This document shows positions 61,864 to 64,000 of a stretch of DNA of 64,000 bases, piece by piece. The notes beneath the pieces are model-generated. The model was not told where the DNA came from and searched no databases. It saw only the letters and a list, made by a program, of their open reading frames with translations. Every line of letters begins with the position of its first letter. Within the stretch, counting starts at the first letter, position 1. Source of the stretch: Acidimicrobiia bacterium (lineage in GTDB: Bacteria > Actinomycetota > Acidimicrobiia > Spongiisociales > Spongiisociaceae); NCBI GenBank assembly GCA_009841075.1, contig VXMP01000048.1:7090-71089 (forward strand), in the 5' to 3' direction. The position numbers and the translations under genes were made by a program.

Positions 61864-62937
61864 ATGAACTTGAGAAACGGAAACATAGGCTTCGGCTTGG
61901 TCGGGATCGGTATGTCGGGCGGCTTCATGGCCAAGGAGCTCAACTATGTGGAAGGGGCCGAGTTGGTGGGGGTTTGCAGCCGGAACGAAACCGAGGTCCG
62001 GCGATTCGCCCGGACCCACCAGGCCAAACACTGGTTCACCGACTATAGGCACCTGGCGGAGCACGACGATGTCGATGTGGTGATCGTGTCGGCACCCACC
62101 GGCCTCCATGCCGAGATGACGATCGCCGCCTCGAATGCCGGAAAACACGCCTTGGTGGAAAAGCCCCTGGAAACCACCTTGGAGAGGGCGGATGAAATGA
62201 TCGCTGTCTGCCGGTCGAACCAGACCAAGCTGGGAGTGGTTTTTCAGATGAGGTTTGGGGTGGTGGCCCGAACCCTCAAGGAAGCGGTCGAGTCGGGGCG
62301 TCTGGGGCGGGTGTTTTTGAGCGATGCAGTGGACAAATCCAGCCGGTCGACCGCCTACTATTCCTCCGCAGCCTGGCGGGGAACCAAGGCTCTGGAGGGC
62401 GGAGGGTGTCTGATGACCCAGTCCATCCATATCATCGATCTTTTGCAGTATCTGATGGGGCCGGCGCGATCGGTAATGGGACGGGTGGCCACCCGGTACC
62501 ACAACATCGAGGTAGAAGACACCGCCACCGCAGTGATTACTTTCACCAACGGCGCAATGGGGATAATCGAAAGCACCTCCTCGGTACGCACCGCTCTCAA
62601 ATCCCGTATCGAACTACACGGGGAACTCGGTACCGTGGTCGCCAACGCCCAATACGACCAGTTCCTTTTATGGGATATCAAGGGTGATGAGGGCCGGGTG
62701 GAGGTGGCACCGAATCTTGAGTTTACCGACATCGACGACCCTTGGGCCTACCCCCAGACCCGCCATCGGGTTCAACTCCAGGATATGGTCGACGCCATCC
62801 GCGAGGATCGGGATCCGGTGCTCACCGGCGAGGACGCCCGGGTGTCTTTGGCCATAATCTCCGCTATATACGACTCCTCCCGCCTGGGCAAGGAAGTGTT
62901 TTTGGATTCATACCGGCCGAAACCTCCGATTGTCTGA
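61864..62937 (+). CDS. Gfo/Idh/MocA family oxidoreductase
   Basis: GKHALVEKP, GGGCLMTQSIH, EVEDTA. Confidence 0.88.
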   Translation: MNLRNGNIGFGLVGIGMSGGFMAKELNYVEGAELVGVCSRNETEVRRFARTHQAKHWFTDYRHLAEHDDVDVVIVSAPTGLHAEMTIAASNAGKHALVEKPLETTLERADEMIAVCRSNQTKLGVVFQMRFGVVARTLKEAVESGRLGRVFLSDAVDKSSRSTAYYSSAAWRGTKALEGGGCLMTQSIHIIDLLQYLMGPARSVMGRVATRYHNIEVEDTATAVITFTNGAMGIIESTSSVRTALKSRIELHGELGTVVANAQYDQFLLWDIKGDEGRVEVAPNLEFTDIDDPWAYPQTRHRVQLQDMVDAIREDRDPVLTGEDARVSLAIISAIYDSSRLGKEVFLDSYRPKPPIV

Positions 62938-62982
62938 GCCCAAAGGTCTAAAGACGGCCAAAGTCGGGTAGCCTCAGAGGAT

Positions 62983-63999
62983 ATGGCTGCTACCTATATG
63001 GACCTCATCGTCGAGGCCCGAAGCCGGATCCAGGAAATCACCGCCCAACAGCTGGCAACTCACGATCCATCGCAGGTGCTCCTGATCGACGTTCGAGAAG
63101 GGCCGGAATGGAACCAGGGGAAGATTCCCACCGCCAGACATATTCCCAGAGGAGTGCTGGAAGGCAACATCCATCAGGTTGTCTCCCCCACCGCAGAAAA
63201 CCCGGTGGTGCTCTACTGCGCTTCGGGGATGCGCTCCGCCCTGGCGGCGGTAACCCTCCAAAACATGGGATACCGCTCGGTGTACTCCCTGGCGGGAGGT
63301 TTCCAGGCCTGGAAAACCCAAGGAGGCCTATGGGAGCTACCCCAGGGCTTACCCGACCGACTCCAGGAACGCTACGACCGCCATATCCGGCTGCCGGAGG
63401 TGGGTGAGGCCGGCCAAAGAAAGCTGCTGGCCTCCCAGGTCCTAATAGTGGGTGCCGGAGGTCTGGGCTCCCCCGCTTCCCTGTATCTGGCTGCGGCCGG
63501 GGTGGGAAGGCTGGGCTTGGTAGATCACGACCAGGTGGATGTCAGCAACCTGCAACGCCAGGTGATCCACAGCACCAGAACAATCGGGAACGCCAAGGTG
63601 GAATCGGCCCGCGACACCATCCGAGCCCTTAACCCGGATGTGACCGTCACCACCTACGACCTCCGACTTACCGCTCGGAATGGGCCGGAAATAGTGGAAG
63701 GATACGACCTGATCGTGGACGGTGCCGACAACTTCCCCACCCGGTATCTGGTCAACGATCTTTCCGTCCGATATGGGATTCCGGTAGTCCACGGATCGGT
63801 CTTCCGCTTTGAAGGACAGGTCTCCTTGTTCGATCCGAAAAATGGGCCTTGTTACCGGTGTCTCTTCCCGGAACCTCCCGCACCGGAGCTGGCACCCAAC
63901 TGCGAAGAGGCAGGCGTCCTAGGCGTGCTTCCAGGGATAGTCGGCACCCTGCAAGCAGCCGAGGCCATCAAATGGCTGGTCGGGATCGGAGAAAATCTG
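62983..63999 (+). CDS. moeB: Rhodanese-MoeB fusion (molybdopterin-synthase adenylyltransferase), 3'-truncated by window edge
   Basis: Not in the ORF track because it has no stop in the window. N-terminal rhodanese (IDVRE, YCASGMRS), then RYDRHIRL, GAGGLG, SNLQRQ, DGADNF, CYRC. Confidence 0.9.
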   Translation, partial: MAATYMDLIVEARSRIQEITAQQLATHDPSQVLLIDVREGPEWNQGKIPTARHIPRGVLEGNIHQVVSPTAENPVVLYCASGMRSALAAVTLQNMGYRSVYSLAGGFQAWKTQGGLWELPQGLPDRLQERYDRHIRLPEVGEAGQRKLLASQVLIVGAGGLGSPASLYLAAAGVGRLGLVDHDQVDVSNLQRQVIHSTRTIGNAKVESARDTIRALNPDVTVTTYDLRLTARNGPEIVEGYDLIVDGADNFPTRYLVNDLSVRYGIPVVHGSVFRFEGQVSLFDPKNGPCYRCLFPEPPAPELAPNCEEAGVLGVLPGIVGTLQAAEAIKWLVGIGENL

Positions 64000-64000
64000 G

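Overview
High-GC actinobacterial chromosome segment. Gene content (cofD/cofE, aceE, PASTA-PBP1A, Cys-looped SLH domains) suggests class Acidimicrobiia, possibly host-associated; this is inference. Main contents: (1) a purine-catabolism locus (fused xanthine dehydrogenase, SsnA, shortened YgfK) with a tandem operator. (2) A complete coenzyme M-dependent epoxide carboxylation system (XecA, XecC/2-KPCC, XecD, XecE-like SDR) with all five bacterial CoM biosynthesis genes (xcbA/C/D/E and comA=xcbB), a CoA-transferase, an ADP-forming acyl-CoA ligase and extra accessory genes. No alkene monooxygenase is in the window. (3) Envelope glycosylation, F420, biotin/propionyl-CoA carboxylase, methylmalonyl-CoA mutase and Moco genes. 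(4) A dispersed ~480-490 bp structured non-coding element in two circularly permuted copies plus two degenerate relatives flanking a decayed higBA module; a recurring TTTTCGCGTT box links it to the promoter of an uncharacterised wHTH-like gene. (5) Two ~100 bp IS5-like MITEs at stop codons. No rRNA, tRNA, CRISPR array or transposase was seen. Protein assignments come from recognising motifs by eye; no database searches were run.
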